Shown: in pieces, positions 48,801-62,903 of the stretch
How positions within the stretch are numbered: the stretch's first letter is position 1
How the letters are laid out: every line of letters starts with the position of its first letter
Source: Basidiobolus meristosporus CBS 931.73
Lineage: Eukaryota > Fungi > Basidiobolomycota
Assembly (NCBI GenBank): GCA_002104905.1
Contig: MCFE01000248.1
Coordinates: forward strand, 1 to 64,000
Length of the DNA stretch: 64,000 nt
Direction: 5' to 3'
The notes under the pieces: model-generated
Told to the model about the DNA's origin: nothing
What the model saw: only the letters and a program-made list of their open reading frames with translations
Database searches by the model: none
Program-made: the position numbers and the translations under genes

Positions 48801-51325
48801 TGTTGTAAATTTGTAATTCCACCTAAGTACTCACCTAACTTAGCCACTTACATCATTACCTTCAAATCCCAGGGAATACTGACCAAATTCCTTGTAGGGA
48901 TTTACTTGGAATATTTTCACCAAAATACCAGGTACCCAGAACATAAAAATTCTCAAGGCTGTCCAAATAGCCCCAAACTTTGCACGCATGTTCTTGGGAC
49001 TTTTCTTGACCTATTCTACGTGTTTGTAATGCCAAGAACATGTAAAAGTATAAATACTACCTTTACATTTGATAAATCATCAAGTGAAAACCACATAATC
49101 TACTTGTTCTCCCAATCACTTCCAATATCTCCACAACTCTTATAACAGGCTATGAGCCCTAAGCTGCCACCCTCTGCAATTTATACTACTGCTATTACTG
49201 GAATATTTCCCTCTGCTAAAAAGATGGATGGATCTAACTACAAAGTGTGGTAGGTGAAGATGAAGATGCTGCTACAAGAAAGAGGCCTTTGGGATATTGT
49301 CATGGGAGAAGAATGCCCTCCTAAAAATGTGGGAGAGGAAGCCTTGAAGTACCAGAAGAAAGAACAGAGTGCCTTTGACTGCATTTTCCTTAATGTTAAG
49401 GACAAATTGCTGATTCAATGCTCAAGAGCAAAAGCAGCAAAGAATGCCTGGAAGACATTACAATATACCTACCATTCATGTTCAGCTGCTTTAAAAATGT
49501 ATCTGAGACAAAAATTCTTTACTACAGTGATGCAGCCAGGACAAGAAATCAAGAATCTAATCAACTAAATTACCCTGTTGGTAGATGAGATAGAATCTGT
49601 GGGTTTACCAACTCCTGATGAGGATGTGATAGTTACCATCCTCCATAGCCCAGCAGACAGGTTTCATGGCCTTGTATCAGCCCCAGATTCCAGAACTGAA
49701 GATTTGACCTTAAATTACATATATTGAAGGCTCCTGGTTGAAGAATTAAGAAAACCAAGTGCCAATAAGAAGTGTGGTAATGGAAAGTATTCCATTTATA
49801 CAATATCTCTAAACCAATATTGCACTCATCTCTTTATCTTGCTTTTTGCTATCATAACACACAAGTGAAAGATCAAGAATTTCCAACTTTGATGAACAAA
49901 TGCTCCAGACCCTGACAAGCAATCCACCCAAGAATATTATGTCATACAGAACACATAGTAGCCAACACATGTTTCAAATTACAGCTCATTTGAAGCAGTA
50001 CTTAAGGAGTTATGACCAAAAGAGTCCAACTATTATATATACTATGCCTTATTGCTAGGATTTCTATGGTGACTTTGATTGCGTGTAACTTTTGAACCAG
50101 CCAACCAAATCACGTGAAATTTTCACAGGTGCTGCGCCTATGTCCGATCTGCGTCACTGCAAAACTTTAGCTTTGTATCACGTGTATTGCTTGCGCAATC
50201 GCCCAAAAACTTTGATCCTTCAAGATTTTCATATATATGACTTCCCCAGCTGAAAAATAAAGAGAGAGCCTCTCTTTCCAGAATCTCCACACTACAATTA
50301 CAAGTTTAAAGGTTATAAGACTTCCCCTGCATCACTTGCACTGTTGAGTATTCTGACTTTGATTGGTACTACATCAGTAGAGAGACTGCAAAGCCCACAA
50401 GAATCCAATCTAAGTTCTACAAGAAACTACCACTTTTCTGTTGGAAAAGTCCCCTCTAAGAAGCCCCTTTACTCTAAAGACACCCCTTTAGACACCCCTT
50501 TAGGTCTAAAGACCCCTTTAGAGACTTCTACAACACACCCCTTTAGGTTAAACGGGAGTTCAGAATTTCCATATTAGGCAATATTTTCTCAGAAAGGAAA
50601 GTGACTTCCAAATAAGGAAAAGTTACTATAAAAGTAAATAAGCCCATTAGTCAACAGAAGGTCAGAACACTGCTGTAGAAGTGATAAACACTGCCTACAG
50701 TATATTTTGAGCCTCAGATTGAGGAAATTAGTGAAAGTTATATCTTCTATCAGTATATCTAACTCCCAATAAACTATTTCAGTATTAGCATACTGGAAGT
50801 TGTTGTATATAGTTGATTAGCCTCTACACTGTAGAACAAGCCCTAAACTAATCGTAATACAACACAACAGAAGGAAGAAGTAAATGCTTTAATAAGCTAT
50901 GATAACCAATAAAGGAGGTACCAAAGACCCTATAAAGGCAACAGCAACCTGTTTTGCAACTACTGCAAAAGGAAAGGACACACAACAGACTGGTGCTTCA
51001 AAAAGAAAGATAGTCAGCAGAAAAAGCCTGAAGATGGAAATGCTCCAACAACTGAAGACAGACTATTCATACCAGCACTAAATATGACCACAAGCAAAAA
51101 AAATACCAGGTACCCAGAACATGAAAATTCACAATGTTGTCCAGACAGCCCCAAACTTTGCACAAATGTTGTTGAGACCTTCCTTAACCTATTCTACATG
51201 TTTGGTATGCCAAGAACATGTAAAAGTATAAGTACTTTGCTTACATTCAATAAAACATCAAGTAAAAACCACATAATCTCCTTGTCCTCCCAATCACTTT
51301 CAATATCTCCAAGACTCTTACAACA
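48801..51325 (+). mobile_element. Copia family B LTR (48801-49147), gag fragment and LTR fragment
   Basis: TGTTGTAAAT...TATAACA, PBS ggctatgagccc, gag interrupted by a 1.1-kb insertion, then an internal deletion into LTR sequence ending GACTCTTACAACA at 51325. Confidence 0.75.
49773..50869. repeat. 1.1-kb solo-LTR-like insertion of an otherwise unrepresented family
   Basis: TG...CA ends and TSD GAAG at 49769-72 and 50870-73. Removing it restores gag gccaataagaaggaagaagtaaatgc. Contains ACACCCCTTTAG-type repeats at ~50478-50548. Confidence 0.75.
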
Positions 51326-51764
51326 ATTTACACATCAAATGGAAGCAAAAGCTGTATTTTTGAATGGGGAAATTGATGAGGACATGTATATAGACCCAAC
51401 AGATGGGTTTGTTGACCAAGATAATCCCCATTTGGTCTGCAAGCTTAAAAAGTCTCCATATACTCTTAAACAATCACCAAGATCCTCAAATTGCAAGATA
51501 AATTCTTATTTGCAGTCCTTGAGTTTGCAAAAGAGTAATGCTGACTAAAGCATATACTATAAGCCAGATAGAGTAAATCCAGCTCTATTAGCTCAATGTG
51601 CGGATGATCTTATTATAGCCACCAATAAGCTAGTAACATTGGAAGAGACTAAATCCAGCCTATCTAAGGAGTTCAAGATGTCCAATCTAGGAGAACTCAG
51701 TTACTACTAAGGGATTAAGTTCTCCATTGACAGAGGTACCAAGACAATTACCCTAAGCCAATCC
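51326..51764 (+). mobile_element. Copia family B RT fragment
   Basis: HQMEAKAVFLNGEIDEDMY...VCKLKKS. Ends at ...ccctaagccAATCC. Confidence 0.8.
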
Positions 51765-54700
51765 TATAGTAAGAGTCTTGGAGATATTGGAAGTGATTTG
51801 GGAGAACAAATAGATTATGTGGTTTTCACTTAATGTTTTATTGAATGTAAAAGATATATTTATACTTTTACATGTTCTTGGCATACCAAACATGTAGAAT
51901 AGGCTAAGGAAGATCTCAAGAACATGTATGCACAGTTTGGGGCTGTTTGGACAACTTTGAGAATTTTCATGTTCTGGGTACCTGGTATTTTGGTGAAAAT
52001 ATTCTAAGTAAATCCCAACAAGGAATTTGGTCAGTATTCTCTAGGATTTGAAGGTAATGATCTAAGTGACTAAGCTAGGTGAGTGTTTAGTTGGAATTAC
52101 AAATTTTACAACACTCCCACTCAGCTAAATGTTTTTACTGACTACTCCTAATTTGAGCTAAGATATTCAAATATGTCTTTAGCTAATGGTTTTGTAAATA
52201 TGGCTGCAATCATTTCATCAGTAGGACAGTAAACTAAGCTAACTAAGTTATTCTCTATAGCTTCACATATGAAATGATGTCTAATATCTATGTGCTTGGC
52301 TCTAGCATGAAAAGTTAGATATCTACCTAATTATATACATCCTTGATTATCTCAAAATAAAGTTATAGGTGTTTTTTGGCATATACCTTAATCTGTATAA
52401 AGCTTTTGTAACCACATTGCTTCTTTTGTAGCTTCACAGGCTGCCATATACTCTGCCTCTGTGATTGAAAGTGCCACGGTTGGTTACTTTCTTGAACTCC
52501 ATGATATTGCTCCTTTTCCATAAAGCAAGGTGTATCCTATGGTAGATCTTCTGTCTTCCAAGTTTTGTCCCCAAACAGCATCAGAGTATTCCACAAGATC
52601 CTTCTCTGAATTCTTATAAGTGTATCTTAAGCAGATATTGGCAGTCCCTTTTAGGTATCTAAAAATCTGCTTAACTGCTGTAATATGATCAGATCCATAG
52701 TTCTGATTTTGCTGGCTGACAACTCCCACTGAATATGAGATATCTGGACATGCTCCAAGCATAATATACATCCAACTGCTGATCATAGATTGATAAGGAA
52801 AGTCAGGGCTTTCAGATGGCACCAAGCTCCCTTGATTTTGTTGAGTTGTGACAAAGAAAAGGTTTGTCTCCATTGGGGTGGCTGCCAGTTTACAGTTTTC
52901 CATTTGGTACTTCTTTAGTATATCTTGAATATAGTTGGATTGGCTCAAGGTAATAGTCTTAGTACTTCTGTCTATGGAAATCTTAATCTCTAAGTAGTAA
53001 CTGAGTTCTCCTAGTTTGGACATCTTGAACTCCTTAGATAGGCTGGATTTAGTCTCTTCCAATGTTTCTAGGTTATTGGCGGTTATAATAAGATCATTCA
53101 CATATAGAGTTAATAGGACTGGATTTGCTCTATCTGGCTTATATTATACACTATAGTCAGCATTACTCCTTCTGAAACTCAAAGATTCCAAATAAGAATC
53201 CATCTTGCAATTCCAGGCTCTTGGTGATTGTTTGAGACCATATAGTGACTTCTAAAACTTGCAAACCAAATGAGGGTTATCTTGATCAGCAAACCCATCA
53301 GGCTGGTCCATATACATGTCCTCATCAAGTTCTCCATTCAAAAATGCAGTTTTTACATCCATTTGATGAATAAAAAACTTATATTTGGCTGCAATAGCCA
53401 ATATTAATATGATGGAATTAAACTCAGCTACTGGTGCAAAGGTCTCAGTATAGTCAAGTCCTTTTGTTTGAGAATATCCTTTGGCCACAAGTCTTGCTTT
53501 GTATCTTTCAATTGTATCATCTGCTTGGTATTTTGTCTTGAAAACCCATCTACATCCAATTGACTTTTGGTTGATTGGTAACTTGACTAAGTCCCAACTT
53601 TGATTTTCCATCAGGGCCTGATATTCCTCAGTCATTGCAGATCTCCAAAACCTTGTCTGAGGGCTATTTAGGGCCTCTTTTATAGTCTGGGGCTCATCAA
53701 TATGGGCTGAATAGGCATAGGCTAAGTTTGTACCCTCATTTATATAGTAATTTGGGCTATTTCTTGCCTGATTTGATCTCCAGGCATTTTATATTGGAAT
53801 GATCACTTCTGTGATATTCCTAGCCACTGCTGCAGGCTGAACCATGGTTGTAGAGTCCTGTGGAGTGAAAAAGAACTGATTGTCTTGCTCTTATTCAATC
53901 CTGACAGTTGGCGGACTTGAGATCAGATTTCTGTCATCATCTGATGCCATTTTTTGTGAAATTTTCAAATTTTCATCACACAACACATTCCTAGACTTGA
54001 TCAGCTTTGTTGCTTTGGTATTTTAGAGTCTGTATGCTTCACTCTGATTTCAGTAACCCATAAATTTGCACTTTACACTTTTTGGTTCCAATTTTGACTG
54101 ATTTCCAGGTGGTTTCTTGACATATGCTCCACACCCATATATTTTTAGATGTCCTGCACTTGGTCAGTACCCATACTATGCTTCAAATGGAGTAGAACCA
54201 CAAGGTATTCTGTAATAACTCTTATTTCTAAGGTACACAGGAGTGGCAACTGATTCCACCCAAAAATCATAAGATAATTTTTGATCATGGATCATTGATC
54301 TTGCCATATCAATCATTGATCTGTTTGCATGTTCTGCTACTCCATTTTGCTGTAGGGAGTATGGTACAGTAGTCTTTTGCTTTATCCCATGAATTTTGCA
54401 GGTGTGGATGAAGAGTTTTGAGGTATATTCTCCACCCTTGTCAGAGTGTATTTTCTTGATTTTTTCACCAGTTTCTCTCTCCACCATGGCTTTGAGCTCC
54501 CTGAGCTTAGACAGAGCTTCTTCCTTTTTCTCCATGAAGTAGACCCACCTTTACCTTGTATAATCATCAATAAAAGTGATTAAATATCTCATCCCACCAA
54601 AGGGAAAATTTTGCATAGGTCCACACAGATCTGAGTTAGTTAGATCTAGTTTTTTCTTAGTTTTGATCAACCCAGAGCTCTTGAATGGCTTTCTGGCCTG

Positions 54701-57700
54701 TTTCTCATACATGCAGGCTTCACAGTGCTCCAAATTAGCTGAGGGATCAATTTTTACTCCGCAAATTAGCTGATCTTTGATTGTTTTGTGCAAATAATCA
54801 TAATTGATGTGCCCAAAACTCCTGTGCCAGAGCATTGGTGTTTCCTCATTTAAGCTACTTATATTGGCTTCCAGATATGATGAAATATAAGTCAGCTTGT
54901 ATAGACTCTGATTTCTGATACCCAAAGCAATATGGGCTCTTTTTGATCAGTGATCCTGCATCCAGAGTTGTCAAAGCTGAAGCTGAGTCCCTCTGCTGTG
55001 GCCTTACTCACAGATAGTAGGTTCTTGGCTATTTCAGGTACATAGAGTACTTCTTTAAAGGTTAATATATGGCTTCCTTCACTGCTTCTAAGGTTTAATT
55101 GGATAGTTCCTTCTCCCACAGCATCAAGTGTTCTATTGCCACCCATGAAAACCTTCTTAATTGGAATTTCTTGATATTGGGTAAGAAGTTCCTTTTAGTG
55201 TGTAGAGTGATGCAATGCTCCAGAGTCCATGTACCACATCTGAGAATCCTTGTTTGTGGTCATATTTAGTGCAGATATGAATAGTCTATCTTCAGTTGTT
55301 GCAGCATATCCATATTCAGACTTCTTTTGCTGATTATCTTTCTTTTCAAGACACCGGTCTGATGTGTGTCCTTTCCTTTTGCAGTAGTTACAAAACAGGT
55401 TGCTGTTGCCTTTGTAGGGTCTTGGGCTCCTCCTTTGTTGCCTATCATTACTTATTAAAGCATTTTCTTTATCCTTCTTGTTGGTGCTTGATCTTCTTAG
55501 TTCATCATCCAGGAGCCTTCCTAATACATAATTTAAGGTCAAATCTTCAGTTCTGGACTCTAGAGCTGATACTGTTGTAAAAATTTGTATTTCCACCTAA
55601 ATACTCACCTAACTTAGTCACTTAGATCATTACCTTCATATCCTAGAGAATACTGACCAAATTCCTTGTTGGGATTTACTTAGAATATTTACCCAGAACA
55701 TGAAAATTAGATAAGTTGTCAAAACAGCCCCAAACAGCCCCAAACTTTGCACACATGCTCTTGGAACCTTCCTTAAGCTATACTATGTGTTTGTAATGCC
55801 AAGACCAGGTAAAAGCATAAATACTACTTTTACATTCAATAAATCATTAAGTGAAAACCACATAATCTACTTGTTCTCTCAATCACTTTCAATATTTCCA
55901 AGACTCTTACAACAGGTTATGAGCCCCAAGCTGTCACTCTCCGCAATGTCTACCACTGCTATTACTGGAATCTTTCCCTCTGCTGAAAAGTTGGATGGAT
56001 CTAAATACCAAGTGTGGAAGGTGAAGATGAAGATGCTGCTGCAAGAAAGAGTCTGTTAGGATATTTTCATGGGAGAAGAAGCTTTAGAGTACTAGAAGAA
56101 AGAACAAAGTGCCTTTAACTGCATTTGCCTTGATGTTAAGGACAAATTGCTGATTCAGTGCTCAAGAGTAAAAACAGCAAAGAATGCCTGGAAGGCATTA
56201 GAAGACACTTACCAGTCATGTTCAGCTGCTACAACAATCTATCCAAGACAAAAATTCTTTACTACAAAGATGCTGTCAGGAGAAGAAATAAAAAATCTAA
56301 TTAACAGAATTACCCTGCTGGTAGATGCGATGGAATCTGTTGGCGTACCAACTACTGATGAGGATGTGAAAGTTGCCATCCTGAATAGCCTGACAGACAA
56401 GTTTCAGGGCCATGTATCAGCCCTGGAGTCCAGAACTGAAGATTTGACCTTAAACTATGTATATGGAAGGCTCCTGGATGAAGAATTAAGAAAATCAAGT
56501 GCCAATAAGAAGGAAGAAGAAAATGCTTTAATAAGCAATGATAACCAACAAAGGAGGTACCCAAGACCCTATAAAGGCAACAGCAACCTGTTTTGCAACT
56601 ACAGCAAAAGGAAAGGACACACATCAGACTGGTGTCTTGAAAAGAAATATAATCAGCAAAAGAAGCCTGAATATGGAAATGCTGCAACAACTTAAGATAG
56701 ACTATTCATATTTGCACTAAATATGACCACAAAAAAGGATTCTCAGATGTGGAATATTGGCTCTGGAACATCTCAACACTCTACACACCAAAAAGAACTT
56801 TTTACCCAATATCAAGAAATTCCAATTAAGAAGGTTTTCATGGGTGACAATATAACACTTGATGCAGTGGAAGAAGGAACTATCCAAGTAAACCTAAGAA
56901 GCAGTGAAGGAAGCCATACACTGACCTTTAAAGAAGTACTCTATGTACCAGAAATAGCCAAGAACCTACTATCTGTAAGCAAGGCCACTGCAGAAGGACT
57001 CAGTTTCAGCTTTGACAATTCTGGATGCAAGATCACTGATCAAAATGGTGCCCATATTGCTTTGGGTATCAGAGATCAGAATTTATACAAGTTGACTTAT
57101 ATTCCATCATATTTGGAAGCCAATATAAGTAGCTTAAATGAAGAAATACCAATGCTCTGGCACAGGAGATTTGGGTACATCAATTTTGATTATTTGCGCA
57201 AAATGATCAAAGATCAGCTAATTTTGGGAGTAAAAATTGATCCCCCAGCTAATTTGGAGCACTGTGAAGCCTGCATATATGGGAAACAAGCCAGACAACC
57301 ATTCAAGAGCTCTAGGTTAATCAAAACTAAGAAAAAATTAGATCTAACTTGCTCAGATCTGTGTGGACCTATGCAAAATTTGTCCTTAGGCGGGATGAAG
57401 TATTTAATCACTTTTATTGATGATTATACAAGATACACATGGGTCTACTTCATGGAGAGAGAAGAAAAAGCTCTGTCTAAGTTCAGGGAGCTCAAAGCCA
57501 TGATGGAGAGAGAAACTGGTGAAAAAATCAAGAAAATATGCTCTGACAATGGTGGAGAATATACCTCAAAACTCTTCATCCACACCTGCAAAATTCATGG
57601 GATAAAGCACAAGACTACTATACCATACTCCCCACAGCAAAATGGAGTAGCAGAATGTGCTAACAGATCAATAATAATATGGCAAGATCTATGATCCATG

Positions 57701-60700
57701 ATAAAAAATTATCCTATGATTTTTGGGTAGAATCAGTTGCCACTGCTGTATTTCTTAAAAATAGGAGTTATAACAGAATACTTTGTGATTCTACTCCATT
57801 TGAAGCATGGTATGGATGCAGACCAAGTGCAGAACATCTAAGAATACTTGGGTGTACAGCATATGCCAAGAAACTGCCTGGAAATCAGTCACAACTTGAG
57901 ACAAAAAGTGTAAAATGCATATTTTTGGGCTACTGCAATGAGAGTAAAGCATACAGACTCTACAATACCAAAGAAAAGACGCTAATAAAGTCCAGGGATG
58001 TGTTGTCTGATGAAAATTCAAAATTTTCACAAAAAATGACATCAGATGATGACAAAAATTTGATCCCAAGTCCACCAATTGTCAGGATTGAATCAGAACA
58101 AAACAATGAAATTTTTTCACTCCAGAGGACTCTACAACCATGATTCAGCCAGAATCAGTGCCCAGGAATATCCCAGAAGTGATCATTCCAGTATCAAATG
58201 CCCGGAGATCCAATCGGACAAGAAATAGCCCAAATTACTATATCAATGAGGGTACAAACTTAGCCTATGCCTATTCAGTCCATATTGATGAGCCCCAGAC
58301 TGTAAAAGAGGCCCTAAATAGCCCTCAGACAAGGTTTTGGAGATCTGCAATGACTGAGGAATATCAGGCCCTGATGGAAAATCTAACTTGGGACTTAGTC
58401 AAGTTACCAATCAACCAAAAGTCAATTGGTTGCAGATGGGCCTTCAAGACAAAATACAAGGCTGATGGTACAACTGAAAGATACAAAGCAAGACTTGTAG
58501 CCAAAGGGTACTCTCAAACAAAAGGACTAGATGATACTGAGACCTTTGCACCGGTAGCCAAGTTTAATTCCTTCAGATTAATATTGGCAATTGCAGCCAA
58601 ATATAAGTTTTTTATTCATCAAATGGATGTAAAACTGCATTTTTGAATGGAGAACTTGATGAGGTTGTGTAAATGGACCAGCCTGATGGGTTTGTTGACC
58701 AAGATAACCCTCATTTGGTCTGCAAGCTCAAAAAGTCACTATATGGTCTCAAACAATTATTAAGAGCCTGGAAATGCAAGATAGATTCTTATTTGGAATC
58801 TTTGAGTTTCAAAAGGAGTAATGCTGACTATAGTGTATAATATAAGCCAGATAGAGTGAATCCAGCTCTATTAGCTCTATATGTGGATGATCTTATTATA
58901 GCCACCAATAATCTAGAAACATTGGAAGTGACAAAATTTAGCCTATCTAATGAGTTCAAGATGTCCAATCTAGGAGAACTGAGTTACTACTTAGGGATTA
59001 AGTTCTCCATAGACAGAAGTACCCAGACTATCACCCTAAGCCAATCCAAGTATATTCAAGATATACTAAAGAAGTACAAAATGGAAGACTGTAAACCGGC
59101 AGCTACCCCAATGGAGACAAACCTTGACTTGGTCACAACTCAACCAAATCAAGAGAGCTTGGTGTCATCTCAAAGCCCTGACTTTCCTTATCAATCTATA
59201 GTTGGCAGTCTGATATGTATCATGCTTGGAACACATCCAGATATCTCATATTCAGTGAGAGTTGTCAGCCAACATTATCAGAACTATGGATCTGATCATA
59301 TTGCAGCAGTTAAGCGGATTTTTAGATACCTAAAAGGAACTGCTGATATCTGCTTTAGATACACTTATAAGAACTCAGAACAGGATCTTGTGGGATACTC
59401 TGATGCTGATTGGGGACGGAATTTAGAAGACAGAAGATCCACCACAGGATACACCTTTCTTTACTGTAAAGGAGCAATTTTGTGGAATTCAAGAAAGCAA
59501 CCAACCGTAGCACTTTCCACTACAGAGGCAGAGTATATGGCAGCCTGTGAAGCTACAAAAGAAGCAATGTGGTTAAGAAAACTTTTTACAGATTTAGGCC
59601 TATGTCAAAAAACGCCTATTACTTTATTTCAAGATAATCAAGGATGTATACAATTAAGTAGAAATCCAACTTTTCATGCTAGAACCAAGCACATAGATAT
59701 TAGACATCTTTTCATATGTGAAGCTATATAGAATAGCTTAGTTAGCTTAGTTTACTGTCCTACAGATGCAATGATTGCAGACATATTTACCAAACCATTA
59801 GCTAGAGACAAGTTTGAATATCTTAGGTCAAAATTAGGACTAGTCAGTATGAACATTTAGCTGAATGGGAGTGTTGTAAAAGTTTGTATTTCCACCTAAA
59901 TATTCACCTAACTTATTCACTTAGATCATTATCTCCATATCCTAGAGAATACTGACCAAATTCCTTGTTGGGATTTACTTAGAATATTTACCCAGAACAT
60001 GAAAATTAGATAAGTTGTCCAAACAGCCCCAAACTTTGCACACATGTTCTTGGAACCTTCCTTAAGCTATACTATGTGTTTGTAATGCCAAAACCAGGTA
60101 AAAGCATAAATACTACTTTTACATTCAATAAATCATTAAGTGAAAACCACATATTCTACTTGTTCACCCAATCACTTCCAATATCTCCAAGACTCTTACA
60201 ACAGATACAAGACCCAGAAACCTGTCTGTCAGGCTATTCAGGATGGTCACTATCACATCCTCATCAGTAGTTGGTATGCTCACATATTCCATCTCATCTA
60301 CCAGCAGGGTAATTCTGTTGATTAGTTTTTTTATTTGTTCTCCTGGCAGCATCTTTGTAGTAAAGAGTTTTTGTCTTGGATAGATTTTCTTAGCAGCTGA
60401 ACATGACTGGTAGGTGTCTTCTAATGCCTTCCAGGCATTCTTTGCCAGTTTTGCTCTTGAGCATTGAATTAGCAATTTGTCCTTGACATTAAGGCAAATG
60501 CAGTTAAAGGCACTTTGTTCTTTCTTCTGGTACTCTAAAGCTTCCTCTCCCACATTTCTAGGAGGGCATTCTTCTCACATGACAATATCCCAAAGGCCTC
60601 TTTCTTGTAGCAGCATCTTCATCTTCACCTTCCTCACTTGGTAGTTAGATCCATCCAACTTTTCAGCAGAGGGAAAAATTCCAGTAATAGCAGTAGTAGA

Positions 60701-61083
60701 CATTACAGAGAGTGAGAGCTTGGGGCTCATCACCTGCTGTATGAGTCTTGGTGATATTGGAAGTGACTGGGAGAACAATTAGATCATGTGGTGTGCACTT
60801 AATGATTTATTGAATGTAAGAGTAGTATTTATACTTTTACCTGGTCTTGGCATTACAAACACATAGAATAGCTTAAGAAAGGTCCCAAGAACATGTGTGC
60901 AAAGTTTGGGGCTGTTTGGACAACTTAGAGTATTTTCATGTTCTGGGTACCTTGTATTTTGGTGAAATTATTCTAAGTAAGTCCTGACAAGAAATTTGGT
61001 CTGTATTCTCTAGGATTTGAAGGCAATGATCTAAGTGACTATGCTAGGTGAATATTTAGGTGGTATTACAAATTTTTACAACA
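51765..61083 (-). mobile_element. Ty1/Copia family B, outer element
   Basis: 3' LTR at 51765-52113 with PPT, then RNase H, RT, integrase and gag, with the 5' LTR at 60735-61083 and its PBS. Gag is split by the inner element. The present flanks do not form a TSD. Confidence 0.85.
55573..60203 (+). mobile_element. Ty1/Copia family B, inner full-length element (antiparallel)
   Basis: LTRs at 55573-55914 and 59872-60203 (about 96% identical by eye), PBS ggttatgagccc, PPT and TSD GATAC. ORF pieces for Gag, PR, IN, RT and RNase H with few lesions. Confidence 0.93.
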
Positions 61084-61504
61084 CCAACCTTGGTAGTTAG
61101 ATCCATCCAGCTTCTCAGCAAAAGAAAGGTTCCAATGAGTGACAGCCTGGGGCTTATAGCTGGTTGTAAGAGTTCTGAGGATATTAGAAGTGATTGGAAT
61201 ATCAAGTAGATCATGTGGTCTCCATAAGTGATATATTTAGTGTCAAAGCAAAGTTTATACATTTACATAGTCTTGGCAAAATAAATATGCAAAATACATT
61301 CAGGATAGTCCCAAAGTTATGTATTGAAGGTTTGGGGCTGTTTGGGTTACCTTAAGATATTTCATGCTCAGGGTACCTGATGTTTGGTGAGAAAATCCCA
61401 AGTAAATCCCAAGGAATTTGGGCAGGATTCTCTAAGATCTGTAGACTATGAACCTAGTGATACAACAAGGTAAATATTTAGATATAATTACAAGATTCAC
61501 AACA
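61084..61504 (-). mobile_element. Diverged Copia family B-like LTR and gag start
   Basis: LTR-like ~61161-61504, a degenerate PBS and gag start KLDGSNYQ. Confidence 0.6.
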
Positions 61505-62903
61505 AAAATCACATATTCTACCTATCCACTCAGTCACATTCATTATCTCCAAAACTCTTACAACATGTACAACTATCAGTATTGTAGGTCCAAGCCATTT
61601 GGTGGACAAAAAGACTGATTTCTAGGAGGAGGCTAGACTAGTTGATTCTGATGCCAAATTTGGTAATGGGCTACTCACTACCTCTGCCAAGATTTAAAAC
61701 TAAAATCTTGAAGGCAAAACACTGGCTGAATGCTGGCAGATTATCAGATGAATTCCATGTGATATTTTTCATAGGGAAAGGCAGAGAATCAATTAAAGAA
61801 ACCTAGGGAGTTTTTGAGTGGAAAACTCTGATCTAGTCTTTTGGATGCTTGGGGTACAGTTTTATTCAGATGGTTACTGTATGGTATGCTGACAGCATGA
61901 ATACCTATCAGTCATGGGATCTCAATTTTGTGATGGCCTTTTAATGGGACTGTCACAATTATTTCTCATGGGGGATGTAAGATGGTGGAATTTTGATAAG
62001 CCACATGTTTGCACGCAACAAGTCATCAGGTGAGAGCCACATAATTTACTGGGCATCCCCATCACTTCCAACATCTCCAGAACCCTCACAACAGCAAAAG
62101 TTGGTGAACATCTCCCCAACCCCGACCATTTACGAATTGGGCATCGCAAGTTTGAGGTGACTAGTTTTGCACAGTGTCTGGACGGTTTCTTTCAGAAAGG
62201 TACTGGGAAAGTCACCCACTGAACTTGGGACTTTTCTGGAAGATGCTGACCAACTCTTTACATCTGCAAAGCACAAGTGTGTGTTGCAGGAACTGTTTAG
62301 GAGCAGAACACAGCGATCGCCACTGCACCTATAGAATTGGAACCAGCCCTTCCGGGGCCTTACACCAAACATTCCTACATCCAACATGAGAGTGCGCTAC
62401 AAATTCCTTGGATGTCTTTAATTCCTGGGCCAAATCTAGTGATGATAGATACCTTCGAATGGGCTCCAGATAGCTTTCTGGGGAGCCCAGGGTGCAGCCT
62501 GTGGGCGGCCCACGGAGTGCAAAGAAAATGAGCTCACATTTGTTACAGCGTCCTCGGAGACTGTGTGAAAGGCTTGAGGGTGGTGATGGACTTTATGTGG
62601 ATGAACACACTCCCAAAAGAACAAAAAAAAGTCGGGAACCGTCATGGTGAATATTGGTGGAATCATCCAGAAAGCAAGTATGAGGGTGTTCATAGGGAAG
62701 CTGAAGACGAGAGTGCATGAGTATACTGGATCCTCTGGAGAGGGTAGTAGGGACATCTCCGAGAACTACTCCAGCAATGGGGGTTGGGGTTACAAGTGGG
62801 AAGGTGTGGTGTGAAATCCACTAGGAGAGGTGTAGTGAAGGTAGGGTTCGTTAAGTGTGAGGGAATGCAACCTAGTGGTGATGGACTGGGCGAGTTGACT
62901 TAT

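Noticed and set aside
61900-62900. Short ORFs downstream of the PPR gene
   Set aside because: No recognisable motif or consistent frame; 61905-61975 is a fragment of the repeat also seen at ~4290 and ~10650.
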